This document shows, one piece after another, positions 9,860 to 20,677 of a stretch of 64,000 nt of DNA. A program made the translations under genes and the position numbers. The stretch is from a bacterium (GTDB taxonomy: Bacteria; Electryoneota; JAOADG01): contig OY820579.1 in the NCBI GenBank assembly GCA_963681965.1, positions 1,856,001 through 1,920,000 of the forward strand, given 5' to 3'. The notes below the pieces were generated by a model. That model was not told the origin of the DNA. It searched no databases and was given only the letters and a program-made list of their open reading frames with translations. Every line of letters begins with the position of its first letter. Position 1 is the stretch's first letter.

Positions 9860-12697
9860 ATGCGACGCGGGTTACACATAATACTTCTGAGTTGTCTTTG
9901 TGCAACTTCCTGGGCGATGAACTATGCGCCCAAGGGACAGGATCGCGGACCAGTACGCAAAGGTGTTGCCGTTACTCAACTGTCCAATCAAAATATGCAA
10001 AATCGTGTTCACCGTGCCGGTGGCGTGTGGATGAACATGACCAATTACGGATTTTTCGGAAATGACAATCGCGGCGATGCCAATGCGATGGCCGATCCCG
10101 AATATCCGGGTGTATACGCACCACAGCTAGAATATCCGGGTGGTTCTGGTCGCGAATACCTATTCATGGGTGCGCTCTGGGTTGGAGCACTGATCCAGCA
10201 AACCGGAAAACCCGAATTTCCTCGCGTAAGTACAGGTGTTGATGGATGGGTCAATCCAAGTGGTCGACTGCGCGGTGAATTTTTCCCCGGTGAAGGCAAT
10301 CGAGCAGCAATCATCGAGCGGTCGAAAAATCTGAATATTGTCAATCGCTTGGGTGAAGCGGTGGATACGACTGGGGCGGTTAGTCAACAAGACTTTATCG
10401 CTACCTATACCGATACATTAACGGAAAGTTATTATGTGCCATCCGACGATATCGATGGAACACATATTCCGTTGGGAATTAAGGTCACTCAGAAAAGCTA
10501 TGCCTGGTCGTATAATTATGCTGAGAACTTTATTATTCTCGATTATGAAATCGAAAACATCGCTTCCAATTATTTAAAGAACGTGTATGTCGGAATTTAC
10601 TTGGATGCCGACGTTGGTATGGTAGATGAGACCGATCGTCACATCGATGATATCACTGGATTTCAGGAATTCTACTATCCTCCGGCAACCGAAGGTATTG
10701 AGTACGACTCCCTCCGTGATCGCAAGGTGATCAATTGTGCATGGATTGCTGATAACGATGGACGCCCGAATACGGTGCATAGCGGCAACGATTTCACCGT
10801 ACCCGATGTGATGGCGACTCGCGTACTTCGCGCTCCAAACCCATTTTTAAAGACATCTTACAACTGGTGGGTTTCAAATCAAAATACCGATCTTGACTAC
10901 GGTCCCAGTTGGCAGGATGCCAGTGTCGATGGCGAATGGCCGAATAACGTCAGTACCGCAATGGGTGACAAGCGAAAGTACATGATTTTGTCGAATCGCG
11001 AATTTGACTTTGATCAGACTTCGACGCGGTATGCTGGCGATCAAAGCTGGATCGATGCCGATTCCACCCAACAAGTCGATCTCGACAATCCAACTTTGCC
11101 CAAGCACAAGTGGAAAATGTTAACCGGAAACAAGCGGGACAATGCTACTCGTCTGAGCAATGGTTTCGATACTCGCTTCTTACTGTCTTGGGGTCCGTTA
11201 GGTATTCTTGATGGTGCCGATGAAAATGGAAAACTTCGGTATCGATTAAATCCGCAGGAAAAATTCTGGATCACAATGGCTGTGATCATGGGTAAAGGAT
11301 TTCACAATCCTGACAATGAACAACTTGGTTCCACTATTGAATCCAGTAAATTCCGCTTCGTTCGCTTAACCGAAGCAGCCGCACAAGCAGCGTCGGTGTT
11401 CGATAATTCGATGAAAGACACCCGCACGGTACGGTATCCCCACGGCGACGGTTGGTTTGGAGAAGATGTCGGTGCCGATGGTCTCTATACCGATGCATCG
11501 ACTGGATTCGGAGATAGTATTGTCATCGAAGGTATTTTCAAAACCATGTATCCCGGAAAAGATGACGGCGAGAAAAACGGTCGTATCGATTCGCTGCGTG
11601 TTGCAGCATGGGCTGGTTTAACTGAAGATACCCATCCGTGGTATCCCGATCGACTGACCTATATGAAGGGTAACGGCGTTTTGGATGCTGGTGATGGCGA
11701 TCCCGATTTTCTTGGACCGCCCCCGCCTCCAGCACCGAAAGTCGAAATTGTCTCATCGCCGAATGCAATCACTATTGTCTGGTATGCTTCTTCGGGTGCC
11801 GACGATCCTGAAACGTTCGTAGATCCGTTCTCAACCCAGCGCGATTTCGAAGGATTCCGATTGTATGTTTCGAATTCCGGTTTGGAGAACGATTTCAGTT
11901 TTGTGAAGCAGTGGGATAAAATCGATTTCGGATTTTTCTGGGATGAAGGTCCAAACCGTGGTACGCTAGCCGATTATCCGGTTGGAATGACTCAGGATTC
12001 ATTCGAACATCTTCCTGATTCAATCCGGTTCCGCCGCGTTGACGGTTTACTGCAAGTGATGAAAGCTTCCGGTAAAAATAGCGGATTTAATGGAATTCTA
12101 TCAATCAAACATGTTCCGGTAATGCGGAATGGTGTCTTGGTTGATTCAACTTATCGATGTTTTTCGTACACGATTTCGGATGTATCACCACTTTACGCCC
12201 GATATTATGCAATTACTTCTTACGATTTTGGCGATCCGAAACGCGGTACTGAAGAACTTGAAACGGCGAAGACTGCAACGATGCAGCACACTGCACCATC
12301 AGGTACTCCGGATCGACCGGTTGGTGTCGTACCGAATCCGTATCGCGTTGATCGAGATTACACGCTTCAGCATTCGGGTGGTTTGTCGTGGGAAAATCAG
12401 GACGACGGTACCGTCGATTTCTTCCCGCAGCAAGACCGTCGGATGTGGTTCTATAACTTGCCGAGACAGTGTTTGGTGCGAATCTTCACCGTTTCCGGCG
12501 ATTTGGTTGCGGCAATACCGCACAATATCGAAGGCGATCGACATCTGTGCACTAATTACGATTATGCCGTCTGTTGGAATTTGCATAATCGCAATGAGCA
12601 AATGGTCGTCAGCGGTTTATACCTGTTTTCCGTCGAAGATAAAACTCCGGGTAATTCGGGCAAGATCCAGACCGGCAAGTTCGTTATCATCCGTTGA
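9860..12697 (+). CDS. Large secreted protein with C-terminal T9SS-like sorting domain (TBDR/PorV-associated)
   Basis: Signal peptide, TNYGFFG...YP.GSG..YLF N-terminus, FN3-like DFEGFRLY segment, and C-terminal VVPNPY...IFTVSGDLV...SGLYLF...GKFVIIR. Confidence 0.7.
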   Translation: MRRGLHIILLSCLCATSWAMNYAPKGQDRGPVRKGVAVTQLSNQNMQNRVHRAGGVWMNMTNYGFFGNDNRGDANAMADPEYPGVYAPQLEYPGGSGREYLFMGALWVGALIQQTGKPEFPRVSTGVDGWVNPSGRLRGEFFPGEGNRAAIIERSKNLNIVNRLGEAVDTTGAVSQQDFIATYTDTLTESYYVPSDDIDGTHIPLGIKVTQKSYAWSYNYAENFIILDYEIENIASNYLKNVYVGIYLDADVGMVDETDRHIDDITGFQEFYYPPATEGIEYDSLRDRKVINCAWIADNDGRPNTVHSGNDFTVPDVMATRVLRAPNPFLKTSYNWWVSNQNTDLDYGPSWQDASVDGEWPNNVSTAMGDKRKYMILSNREFDFDQTSTRYAGDQSWIDADSTQQVDLDNPTLPKHKWKMLTGNKRDNATRLSNGFDTRFLLSWGPLGILDGADENGKLRYRLNPQEKFWITMAVIMGKGFHNPDNEQLGSTIESSKFRFVRLTEAAAQAASVFDNSMKDTRTVRYPHGDGWFGEDVGADGLYTDASTGFGDSIVIEGIFKTMYPGKDDGEKNGRIDSLRVAAWAGLTEDTHPWYPDRLTYMKGNGVLDAGDGDPDFLGPPPPPAPKVEIVSSPNAITIVWYASSGADDPETFVDPFSTQRDFEGFRLYVSNSGLENDFSFVKQWDKIDFGFFWDEGPNRGTLADYPVGMTQDSFEHLPDSIRFRRVDGLLQVMKASGKNSGFNGILSIKHVPVMRNGVLVDSTYRCFSYTISDVSPLYARYYAITSYDFGDPKRGTEELETAKTATMQHTAPSGTPDRPVGVVPNPYRVDRDYTLQHSGGLSWENQDDGTVDFFPQQDRRMWFYNLPRQCLVRIFTVSGDLVAAIPHNIEGDRHLCTNYDYAVCWNLHNRNEQMVVSGLYLFSVEDKTPGNSGKIQTGKFVIIR

Positions 12698-12718
12698 TTG
12701 CTGGCAAGGAGCGTATTC

Positions 12719-13738
12719 ATGAAGAGAAGTTGGCGTAACCTGGCGATTCTGACGCTCGTGATGTGTCTGCCGGGAATAGTGTTCGCGCAAGCAAAAGTCG
12801 GAACTGCGACATTTCAGTTTCTGAAAATCGGTCCTTCCGCGCGAGCTGTTGCGATGGGTGAGTCTTTCATCGCAATCTCGAACGATGCATCGGCGACTTT
12901 TTACAATCCGGGTGCGATGATTACGATCAAGCGTCCGAAATACTTGATGTCGCATGTTTCGTATCCGGCTGGTGTCAGCTACAATTATCTTTCCGGAGTG
13001 TATCCCGTTCCCAGAATGGATGGCGTGTTGGGTGCATTTGTTTCAGGATTGTCAACCGACAATATGAACGAAACAACGCCCGAAATGCCGTACGGAACTG
13101 GAAGAACATTTACTGTTTCGGAGATGACGGCTGGTGTGTCTGCTTGCAGAAAACTAACTGATAAATTTTCGGTTGGGTTAACCGGTCGATTTATCAAATC
13201 AAATCTGGCAGACGTGTCAACTACCGGATGGTCGGCGGATGTTGGAACATACTACGAAACCGGCTGGAATAAAATCCGAATTGCAATGGTGATTCAGAAT
13301 TTCGGTCCGGACGTGAAGTATCTTCAAACTGAAGAAAATCTTCCGATGAATTTTAAATTTGGTGCTGCCGCCGAAGTATTTAATCGAGACGACCAATCGG
13401 TACTGGTAGCCTTGGAAGGATGGCATCCGAACGACAATATCGAAATGATTGCCGTTGGTGCCGAATACGATTATCACAATTTTATTCAATTTCGAATTGG
13501 TAAGAAGGTAAACGGTATCCGTCGGGATTCGTGGAGCGATTACGCTGCCCATCCGACTTCGATGGATCCATTTATCGAATATCCGATCATCAACGAAAAA
13601 GGCGGAATATCTTTTGATGGCGCTTCGGTAGGTTTCGGTTTGAAACTGCCGATGGGGCTTGCGATCGACTATTCGCTATCGAATATCGGCTTTTTCGGCG
13701 ATCTGCACCGTTTTACGCTCAGTTATGCAATGAAGTGA
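12719..13738 (+). CDS. PorV/PorQ-family (UPF0164-like) outer-membrane beta-barrel
   Basis: Hallmark FLKIGPSARAVAMGE...FYNPG after the signal peptide, amphipathic strands, C-terminal HRFTLSY. RBS AAGGAG. Confidence 0.85.
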   Translation: MKRSWRNLAILTLVMCLPGIVFAQAKVGTATFQFLKIGPSARAVAMGESFIAISNDASATFYNPGAMITIKRPKYLMSHVSYPAGVSYNYLSGVYPVPRMDGVLGAFVSGLSTDNMNETTPEMPYGTGRTFTVSEMTAGVSACRKLTDKFSVGLTGRFIKSNLADVSTTGWSADVGTYYETGWNKIRIAMVIQNFGPDVKYLQTEENLPMNFKFGAAAEVFNRDDQSVLVALEGWHPNDNIEMIAVGAEYDYHNFIQFRIGKKVNGIRRDSWSDYAAHPTSMDPFIEYPIINEKGGISFDGASVGFGLKLPMGLAIDYSLSNIGFFGDLHRFTLSYAMK

Positions 13739-13745
13739 GGGTAGT

Positions 13746-16700
13746 GTGAGAATACTAAGCAAACGACGTTACGTCTTCGTACTCCTGACTGCCACCTTGA
13801 TGGTACTCGGATGCGCGTTAAGTGCATGGGCAATTGATGTGCAGGGTAACCAATCGGGGATTTGGAGTTATAGCAACAGCCCCTATCGCATTACTGGAAA
13901 CGTAACTGTGCCGAAGGGTGACACACTCTTTATCGAAGCGGGTGTGCAGGTAATTTATACGGGTTCGTATGAAATCTTGGTCGACTCCAATGCGACGTTT
14001 ATCGTGCGTGGAGATTCCTCGTACACGAGAACCATAACTTCGATCGACACCGTGAAATTCACCAGCTCGAATGCTTCACCAGATACTTTGTGGGGACGAG
14101 GCGTTCGCTTTATTCTTGCGAACAACAACTCCCAAATTAGATACGCTAAAGTCAATATGATGCACGCTCGGGGAATCTGGCCGAAGAACAATGGTGGCGC
14201 ATTTTACATCGAAGGATGCAGTCCGCGATTTAAATTCGTCGAAGTTTATGGCTGTCGTGCCGATTACTACGGTGGTGCATTTCATTTTTGGTTCTCCAAC
14301 AGTACCCTTGAGCAAGTATTAATCGATACCTGTTTTTCCCAGCAGGGTGGTGCCGGTATCGACGCCTGGTATTCGACGATCAATCTTCGGTTTTCTACTA
14401 TCGTTCGAAACTATATGCCTGACGCAGCATGGATATGGGATCGTGGTGCCGGTTTATACATCGGTTCCAATTCACTTGTCCGAATTTCGCACTGCATTTT
14501 CATGAAAAATAATAATCTTCCTGCTAGTGTGACGCGTGAAAGTGGCATCAATACGACTGGTGAAAACAGCAGTTTTACTTCTGAATATTCATTTTGGAAG
14601 GGAATTGCCTCGGGCAATGGAAACGTGATTTTGGACTTTACAAGTTCCTATTCGCCATTTTTGAGATCTCCACTGTGGTGTCCCACTGTTGCCAGTCCAT
14701 TCGTCGATGTCGGTGATAAAGATTTTGTCGGTGATGCCGATTCTACTTATGGATTCCGATTTGAACCGGCTCCCAATGGTAACCGCATCAATATTGGGTA
14801 TTACGCTGGTACAGTATATGCTGCACGGTCATTGCCGTTGGCAAAAATTAACGGAACGAACGACGAGTCGGTAACCACGAATGATACATTGCTCTGGCTC
14901 AAAGACGGTTCAGCAGTGAATAATGGTGTAACTGTTACCCAAACGATCATCATTAAGAATCAGAGTAAAGTTCCTCACGATGCCAGTGCATTGCGAATGA
15001 GCAATCTTATGGTGCACGATTCATCGCTGACCATCCAATTAACGATTAACGATCGCGATACGATCATTCAGAGTCTTGCTTCGGTACCGCCAATTTTCGG
15101 TCCCAACGCAAACAAAGCCGATACTGCATTAACATTGAAGATTAATTGGACACCCCGCGTAACCGGTGATTCCGTTCGATTCTTATCCCAGATTACCTGG
15201 GATTGGAACGATAGCAATACTGTTCAACAACCCTATATATTCTGGTTTAAAGCGCTGGGAATTAATCCGCATATCGCAGCCGGTATCATCGATAATTCCG
15301 GACACGAAGTAGCAATTGATACGGGCGGTGTCGACTTTGGTGTTCAACGCCTCCACTCGAAAACGATTAAGAAATTACCTGTTCATAGTACCGGTACTAC
15401 AACACTGGACATCTATTACGCTCGATTCGTCAATTCGACTCGCGCCGGTTACTCGGTAGATAAAATCTGGTGGGCGAAATTCGATTCCATTTACACGCGC
15501 GATACCAATGGTTACATGGACAACGTCGGTAAAACATTGACTGCCGGTCGATCGGACACGATTTATTTCGCCTTTACACCGGATTCGGTCGGTGCTTACG
15601 AAGAAACGATGTATATCCTCTCCAGCGATACGACCATCAGTTTCCCGGTGAAAGGTTTTTCGCGAGGTGCTTATCTTCGTACCGATGCTACACACAACTT
15701 CACCAATCGATCGATTGGATTTGTACCTGTCGGGCAAAACCGCCGGATGTACATCAAGATTTCGAATAATGGAAACGATACACTGAAAATCGACAGTATC
15801 CGATTCTTCAAGCGAAATGGCACCGATTATTCCACTACGATGTTAACTGACATGACCCATCAAATCGTCGTGGCACCTGTCGGTGAATCGTATCGTCCGA
15901 CTGCCGATTCAATCCCGGTAGTCTTTGCACCGGATAGTGTCAAATTGGATACGATTCACGGAATGATTTATTCCAACAGTTATCGGAGTGAGCCGATCAG
16001 TGTTATCGTTCGCGGTGTTTTGTTCGGAACCTATTTGTCATCGAACATTTCCGGTACCCTTACATCGGCAAATTCACCTTATGTCGTTACTGGATCGGTT
16101 TTAATTGATAGTACCAGCGCATTGCGCATCGAAAGCGGTTCCAAAGTTCTATTCGAACCGAATGCAACACTCAATATTCGCGGTAAGTTGGTCATCCATG
16201 GAACTGGTTACGATACCACGAAGTCGGTACGGTTTGGTGCACTCGATTCAACCAACAATCGGAAAGCATTGTTGAATTTCGTTGAAACGTCGGAAGACAA
16301 TTCGATTTCTTATACCGAATTTTGTGGTCCATTACGAGACAATACCACTCGCGAACCATTGATTAAGGTAAAACGTTCAACAATTTCATTAGATCATTGT
16401 ACTTTCACGAAGGGTAAATCGGATACCGGGTCGGCGATTAACGCTTATCAGAGCGCAGTCAACCTAACTCGTAATTACTTTACCAATAACAAGAGTACAC
16501 TGGGCGGCGCTTTTTATTCATTTGATAGCCGCGTGGTAATGATCCGAAATCGATTCGAAGCGAATATTGCCGATAGTATTGGTGGTGCGTGCTACACTCG
16601 TGGCAACAATTCGAATTTCTCATCGTACAACGATCTTTATAAATTGAATACTGCTTATAAAGGTGCTGCAATCGGTATCTATGACGGTGCAACGACCGAC

Positions 16701-17960
16701 TTTGTGAATGATGTATTTCATAATAACATCGCCGCTAATGCTGGCAATGCTATTTACGAGCGACAAGCAGTTATCCGAATGAATTCGTCATTGATTGTCG
16801 GACTATCGGGCAGTTCAACGGACATTACTGGACCTTCCGGCTTCTCTGAACCACTTCGGTTCTTCTCTTATATCGAACGCGAAAATGCCGCTTTCAATGC
16901 AGCTGCATTGTGGGGCACCGATACCGTCAATTATCGACTATTGTCCAATGCACCAGCAGTTGATGCCGGCGATTCTGCTTCGACCCGAAACGACTTCTGG
17001 TTCCCACCAGCCGACAGTACCGCAAGAAACGATGCCGGATTGACCGGTGGTCCGTATGCCGGTACCGGTGACATTAACGATGTTGGTATCGTTTTATTTT
17101 CTAATCCTGTAAATGGCGATATGCCGGATGCAATCGTATTCACCAATTCGCAGACAAGTGAGTTGATCACAGTTGATTCACTTCGCTATAAACCGGATTA
17201 CGAGGCAAGTAGAGTTTTGAACTTTGTTGCGATCTCGAATGGATCGACTGTTTATCGGGCACGTATTCCTCAAAGCGGTGCTGCTGTATTGACGGTATTC
17301 GCTCATTCGCCATCACAAGCCTTCGAAGTTTCGCGCCGAATCGGTGTGATTTCTTCCGGTACAATGAAAGTTGGTCCGTGGACCGTTCATGCCGGTAGTG
17401 GTTCCGGATTGGTTAGCTGCCAACTGACAACCCTTGAAGCGATCGACAATATTGGACCGGCAATCGACATCTCGCAACCGGATATGCGATCGACCATTGT
17501 TACTTTTAACGGCGGTTTACCGACTGATACTGAGCTGGGATTATTCAAATTAGTGAATAACGAATGGCAATTGACTGGTCGAATCGATCGCGGAACCGAT
17601 TTCGCTACTGGTTCGGTTTCTGGATCCGGTACCTATCGAATTGCTGCGGTCACTGCGGAATCGAACAATATCGAAATTCCGAACGGTTTCTATATGTCGC
17701 AAGCATATCCGAATCCGTTTAATCCATCGACCAATTTGCGATTGAATATCGCTCGAACGGGTTTGTATACCGTTAAAGTGTACGATCTCTTGGGTCGTGT
17801 CGAAGCCGACTTGTTCAGCGGTACGTTGCAAGCGGGATCGTTCCAGATCAGATGGGATGGCGTCAATGACGACGGTCATACCGCTGCGTCAGGTGTTTAT
17901 TGGGTGAAAGCCACCGGTCCGTCCGGTGTCGCTGTTCGGAAAGTACTGTTACTGAAATAG
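13746..17960 (+). CDS. Very large secreted surface protein: beta-helix and Ig-like (ASH/choice-of-anchor D-like) domains with T9SS/FlgD-like CTD
   Basis: Signal peptide; two SPYxxTG beta-helix starts; GGA repeats; DFG...STGTTTLDI and ISNNGNDTLKI Ig motifs; AYPNPFNPST...WDG...SGVYW...RKVLLLK CTD. Confidence 0.8.
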   Translation: MRILSKRRYVFVLLTATLMVLGCALSAWAIDVQGNQSGIWSYSNSPYRITGNVTVPKGDTLFIEAGVQVIYTGSYEILVDSNATFIVRGDSSYTRTITSIDTVKFTSSNASPDTLWGRGVRFILANNNSQIRYAKVNMMHARGIWPKNNGGAFYIEGCSPRFKFVEVYGCRADYYGGAFHFWFSNSTLEQVLIDTCFSQQGGAGIDAWYSTINLRFSTIVRNYMPDAAWIWDRGAGLYIGSNSLVRISHCIFMKNNNLPASVTRESGINTTGENSSFTSEYSFWKGIASGNGNVILDFTSSYSPFLRSPLWCPTVASPFVDVGDKDFVGDADSTYGFRFEPAPNGNRINIGYYAGTVYAARSLPLAKINGTNDESVTTNDTLLWLKDGSAVNNGVTVTQTIIIKNQSKVPHDASALRMSNLMVHDSSLTIQLTINDRDTIIQSLASVPPIFGPNANKADTALTLKINWTPRVTGDSVRFLSQITWDWNDSNTVQQPYIFWFKALGINPHIAAGIIDNSGHEVAIDTGGVDFGVQRLHSKTIKKLPVHSTGTTTLDIYYARFVNSTRAGYSVDKIWWAKFDSIYTRDTNGYMDNVGKTLTAGRSDTIYFAFTPDSVGAYEETMYILSSDTTISFPVKGFSRGAYLRTDATHNFTNRSIGFVPVGQNRRMYIKISNNGNDTLKIDSIRFFKRNGTDYSTTMLTDMTHQIVVAPVGESYRPTADSIPVVFAPDSVKLDTIHGMIYSNSYRSEPISVIVRGVLFGTYLSSNISGTLTSANSPYVVTGSVLIDSTSALRIESGSKVLFEPNATLNIRGKLVIHGTGYDTTKSVRFGALDSTNNRKALLNFVETSEDNSISYTEFCGPLRDNTTREPLIKVKRSTISLDHCTFTKGKSDTGSAINAYQSAVNLTRNYFTNNKSTLGGAFYSFDSRVVMIRNRFEANIADSIGGACYTRGNNSNFSSYNDLYKLNTAYKGAAIGIYDGATTDFVNDVFHNNIAANAGNAIYERQAVIRMNSSLIVGLSGSSTDITGPSGFSEPLRFFSYIERENAAFNAAALWGTDTVNYRLLSNAPAVDAGDSASTRNDFWFPPADSTARNDAGLTGGPYAGTGDINDVGIVLFSNPVNGDMPDAIVFTNSQTSELITVDSLRYKPDYEASRVLNFVAISNGSTVYRARIPQSGAAVLTVFAHSPSQAFEVSRRIGVISSGTMKVGPWTVHAGSGSGLVSCQLTTLEAIDNIGPAIDISQPDMRSTIVTFNGGLPTDTELGLFKLVNNEWQLTGRIDRGTDFATGSVSGSGTYRIAAVTAESNNIEIPNGFYMSQAYPNPFNPSTNLRLNIARTGLYTVKVYDLLGRVEADLFSGTLQAGSFQIRWDGVNDDGHTAASGVYWVKATGPSGVAVRKVLLLK

Positions 17961-17968
17961 GAATTCCT

Positions 17969-18574
17969 ATGAAGAAGTTACTTCCATTGATTTTGTTAAT
18001 GTCAATATTCGTCGGATGCAAATCCGATGATAAAGCGACAGGACCGACTGGAGATGCCAGAACGATCGCGGCGAGCGGTTGGGATTTATTCGAAGTTGGC
18101 GAATATTCGAACGCGTTGAATCTGTTCAACCAAGCTGAAGCGATCGATGGCGGTTTAGTCGACGCTAAAATCGGAATTGGCTGGTCGGAAACGCGCGCAA
18201 GTACACACAACTATCAACGCGCAATTGCCAAGTTCGCTGAAATCTTGAATCCTCAAACGGGATTGGCGAAAAACTCCAATGATGCTCAAGCCGGCTTGGC
18301 ATATGCTTATTATGGAAATTCGCAATTCAACGAAGCGGATTCTGCTGCGACCTATGTTGTTGTGCGATCGTCGATTTGGAACTTTATTCACGATCAATCA
18401 ATATCCGTACAAGATCTCCACGCGTTACGCGCGTCTTGCAGATTTAACGTCGGTAATTTCGATTCCTCGCTGGCTGCTATTCAAAGAATCGACGCCGACT
18501 TTTTTGTCGACGTCAATAGGGCAGATGGTCGAGCATTATTGGCGCAAGAAATCGAGAGGTGGTTGGGAAGATGA
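17969..18574 (+). CDS. TPR-containing lipoprotein
   Basis: Lipobox FVGC, TPR-like helices (GW..F..GEYSNA...F; AGLAYAYY). Confidence 0.7.
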   Translation: MKKLLPLILLMSIFVGCKSDDKATGPTGDARTIAASGWDLFEVGEYSNALNLFNQAEAIDGGLVDAKIGIGWSETRASTHNYQRAIAKFAEILNPQTGLAKNSNDAQAGLAYAYYGNSQFNEADSAATYVVVRSSIWNFIHDQSISVQDLHALRASCRFNVGNFDSSLAAIQRIDADFFVDVNRADGRALLAQEIERWLGR

Positions 18575-20625
18575 GAAACCGTATCTTCGATCGCATTTTG
18601 TCGATCCGTCCTTGTAACAAAGGTCTAATTCTGTCGATGCTCATTGCAGCGACTCTATTTGGCTGCGGAAAATACGAAGGGTCGGTGAACTCCAATCAGG
18701 CACCGGATGTCGATTTTGCCACGACGCCGCTCGACAGCACGCAATTCAGCGCATCACCGGTTGTATCGTGGTTCGGAACCGATCCCGATGGTTTTGTTGA
18801 GTATTACAGCTATGCCGATATCGTTGACCCGGTATCTCTTGCCGATGTCGGTGCACCGCAACGGTACATTGATAATAAGATGATTCCGCAGGATGCTTGG
18901 ACTAGAACGTCGTCAACTAGCGACACAATTGTGCTTCGAACTTCCGAAGGCGATACGACACGTCACGTTCTATATCTCAAGGCGACTGACGATAAAGGCT
19001 TGGATTCGAAAATCAAGTATCGAATTTTCGATCGCTCGAATCAACCACCGAATCCACCGGAAATCAAAAATCCGACTACCGATGAATGGAAGTCGCGTCT
19101 AGAATTGCCCGATACGATGTATTGTATCGAGAATGTGACTACTCTTTGGACGGGAATTAATTTCAATTGGAAAGCGAGCGACCCCGATTCTAAAATCGGA
19201 CAGAATATTCCGCTGTCTTACAAATATTACTTGATCAAAGCTCCGAACGATACAATCCGTCGGTACGTAACGACTGGTTGGATCACTACGAAAACACTCA
19301 CAATTACCGGTCTCGAAACTGGTTCGTATCGCTTTGAAGTGTACTCGCGAGACGACGGTATGACTACTTCGCGCGCTCCGGGTGTTTGTTACTTTACTGT
19401 TATCAAACCGACGTTCGACAAGAACATCATGATATACATGGAAGCCAATACCAGCAATACCGGCTTCACTTATGCTCGATTAATTCCTGACACGGCGAAA
19501 GCATATTACAAGAATTTACTGCAAACGATTCGAACCAGTTATCCGCAATTCCGCAATCTTCGCTACGATGTGAACAACGATGAAGATGTGAAATTCGTGG
19601 TATTGGATTCGGAACGAGTGCGCGATATTCCGTCAATGATGCAGCTGTCGCGGTATCGCTTGGTCTTATGGATGCAGGATGCCGGATATAATTCGGCGCG
19701 ATTGTTTAGTGGCATCCGATTGCAACGCTTTAATAAGTATCTCAATGTCGGTGGTAGAATGCTGGTCTCGGGACGCTTATTATCGGTCAATCAATTGTCG
19801 GTACCTGCGGCTGCCGATACAGTGTATCGCGTCCAACGTAACGAATTTTTTACCAATTATATGGGTTGCCAATTGGTCGACGACCCAGTTACTCGCGCTT
19901 CAACGAAACCCGATACCTCGGAATTTCGCGCAGCAATTTCTCAAGTTGGCGGTTTGTCGAATCTGACATTCGATTCTACCATCTTCTTTGATCAGTCCAA
20001 GTATTATAACCGTCGCGTTTATCCTGCCAACACGCAGTGGCGAGGTTGTCCCGGCGTCGATTATTTATCGACGACATCGGCTCGAACACTGTATACATTT
20101 ATGTCGGCAACCGAAGATACGGTTTTCTACCCAACGCACTATACGGGTGAACACTCGACAGTCATTGAACGTCGAGACGCAACCATTGGTGGGCAAACGA
20201 TCTCGTATCCTCCAACTCCGACAAATTGTTTAATCCAGATTATTCGCGACGGCGATATTACGTCAATGACTCGAGTTGAGAATATCACTAAACGAAATCT
20301 CGATCCAAATTCGAATTGGCGCGGATCTGTTCGATCGATTACCGGTAGCTATGCCTTCATAACGTACCAATATGGTGAACCGTGGATGGCATCGGATACG
20401 CTCGAAGTCGATTACTCTTATCGTGCTACTTCCCCGCGTACGGGTAAACCAATTTGTACATCCAATGAAATCTCGATGACTTACGGAAATACAACGGTAT
20501 CGGTATTGTTAACGAGAACGGTCTTTTGCTCCTTCCCATTCTATTTCCAGCACCAAGCGGAAGTACCCCAGAATTTTGGGTATTTGCTTAACTGGTTATT
20601 AGGTTCACCGAGCGACAATCTGTAG
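18571..20625 (+). CDS. Lipoprotein with Ig/FN3-like domains, function unknown
   Basis: Lipobox LFGC, NQAPD...WFGTDPDG, NQPP...WKASDPD and GSYRFEVYSRDD motifs. ATGA overlap with the upstream stop. Confidence 0.7.
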   Translation: MRNRIFDRILSIRPCNKGLILSMLIAATLFGCGKYEGSVNSNQAPDVDFATTPLDSTQFSASPVVSWFGTDPDGFVEYYSYADIVDPVSLADVGAPQRYIDNKMIPQDAWTRTSSTSDTIVLRTSEGDTTRHVLYLKATDDKGLDSKIKYRIFDRSNQPPNPPEIKNPTTDEWKSRLELPDTMYCIENVTTLWTGINFNWKASDPDSKIGQNIPLSYKYYLIKAPNDTIRRYVTTGWITTKTLTITGLETGSYRFEVYSRDDGMTTSRAPGVCYFTVIKPTFDKNIMIYMEANTSNTGFTYARLIPDTAKAYYKNLLQTIRTSYPQFRNLRYDVNNDEDVKFVVLDSERVRDIPSMMQLSRYRLVLWMQDAGYNSARLFSGIRLQRFNKYLNVGGRMLVSGRLLSVNQLSVPAAADTVYRVQRNEFFTNYMGCQLVDDPVTRASTKPDTSEFRAAISQVGGLSNLTFDSTIFFDQSKYYNRRVYPANTQWRGCPGVDYLSTTSARTLYTFMSATEDTVFYPTHYTGEHSTVIERRDATIGGQTISYPPTPTNCLIQIIRDGDITSMTRVENITKRNLDPNSNWRGSVRSITGSYAFITYQYGEPWMASDTLEVDYSYRATSPRTGKPICTSNEISMTYGNTTVSVLLTRTVFCSFPFYFQHQAEVPQNFGYLLNWLLGSPSDNL

Positions 20626-20646
20626 TATGAATATTTCATTTTCGAA

Positions 20647-20673
20647 AATCCCCCCTCAGTCCGAGGGGGGATT
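20647..20673 (+). terminator. Hairpin closing the TBDR locus
   Basis: AATCCCCCCTC-agtcc-GAGGGGGGATT followed by CTTT. Confidence 0.6.
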
Positions 20674-20677
20674 CTTT

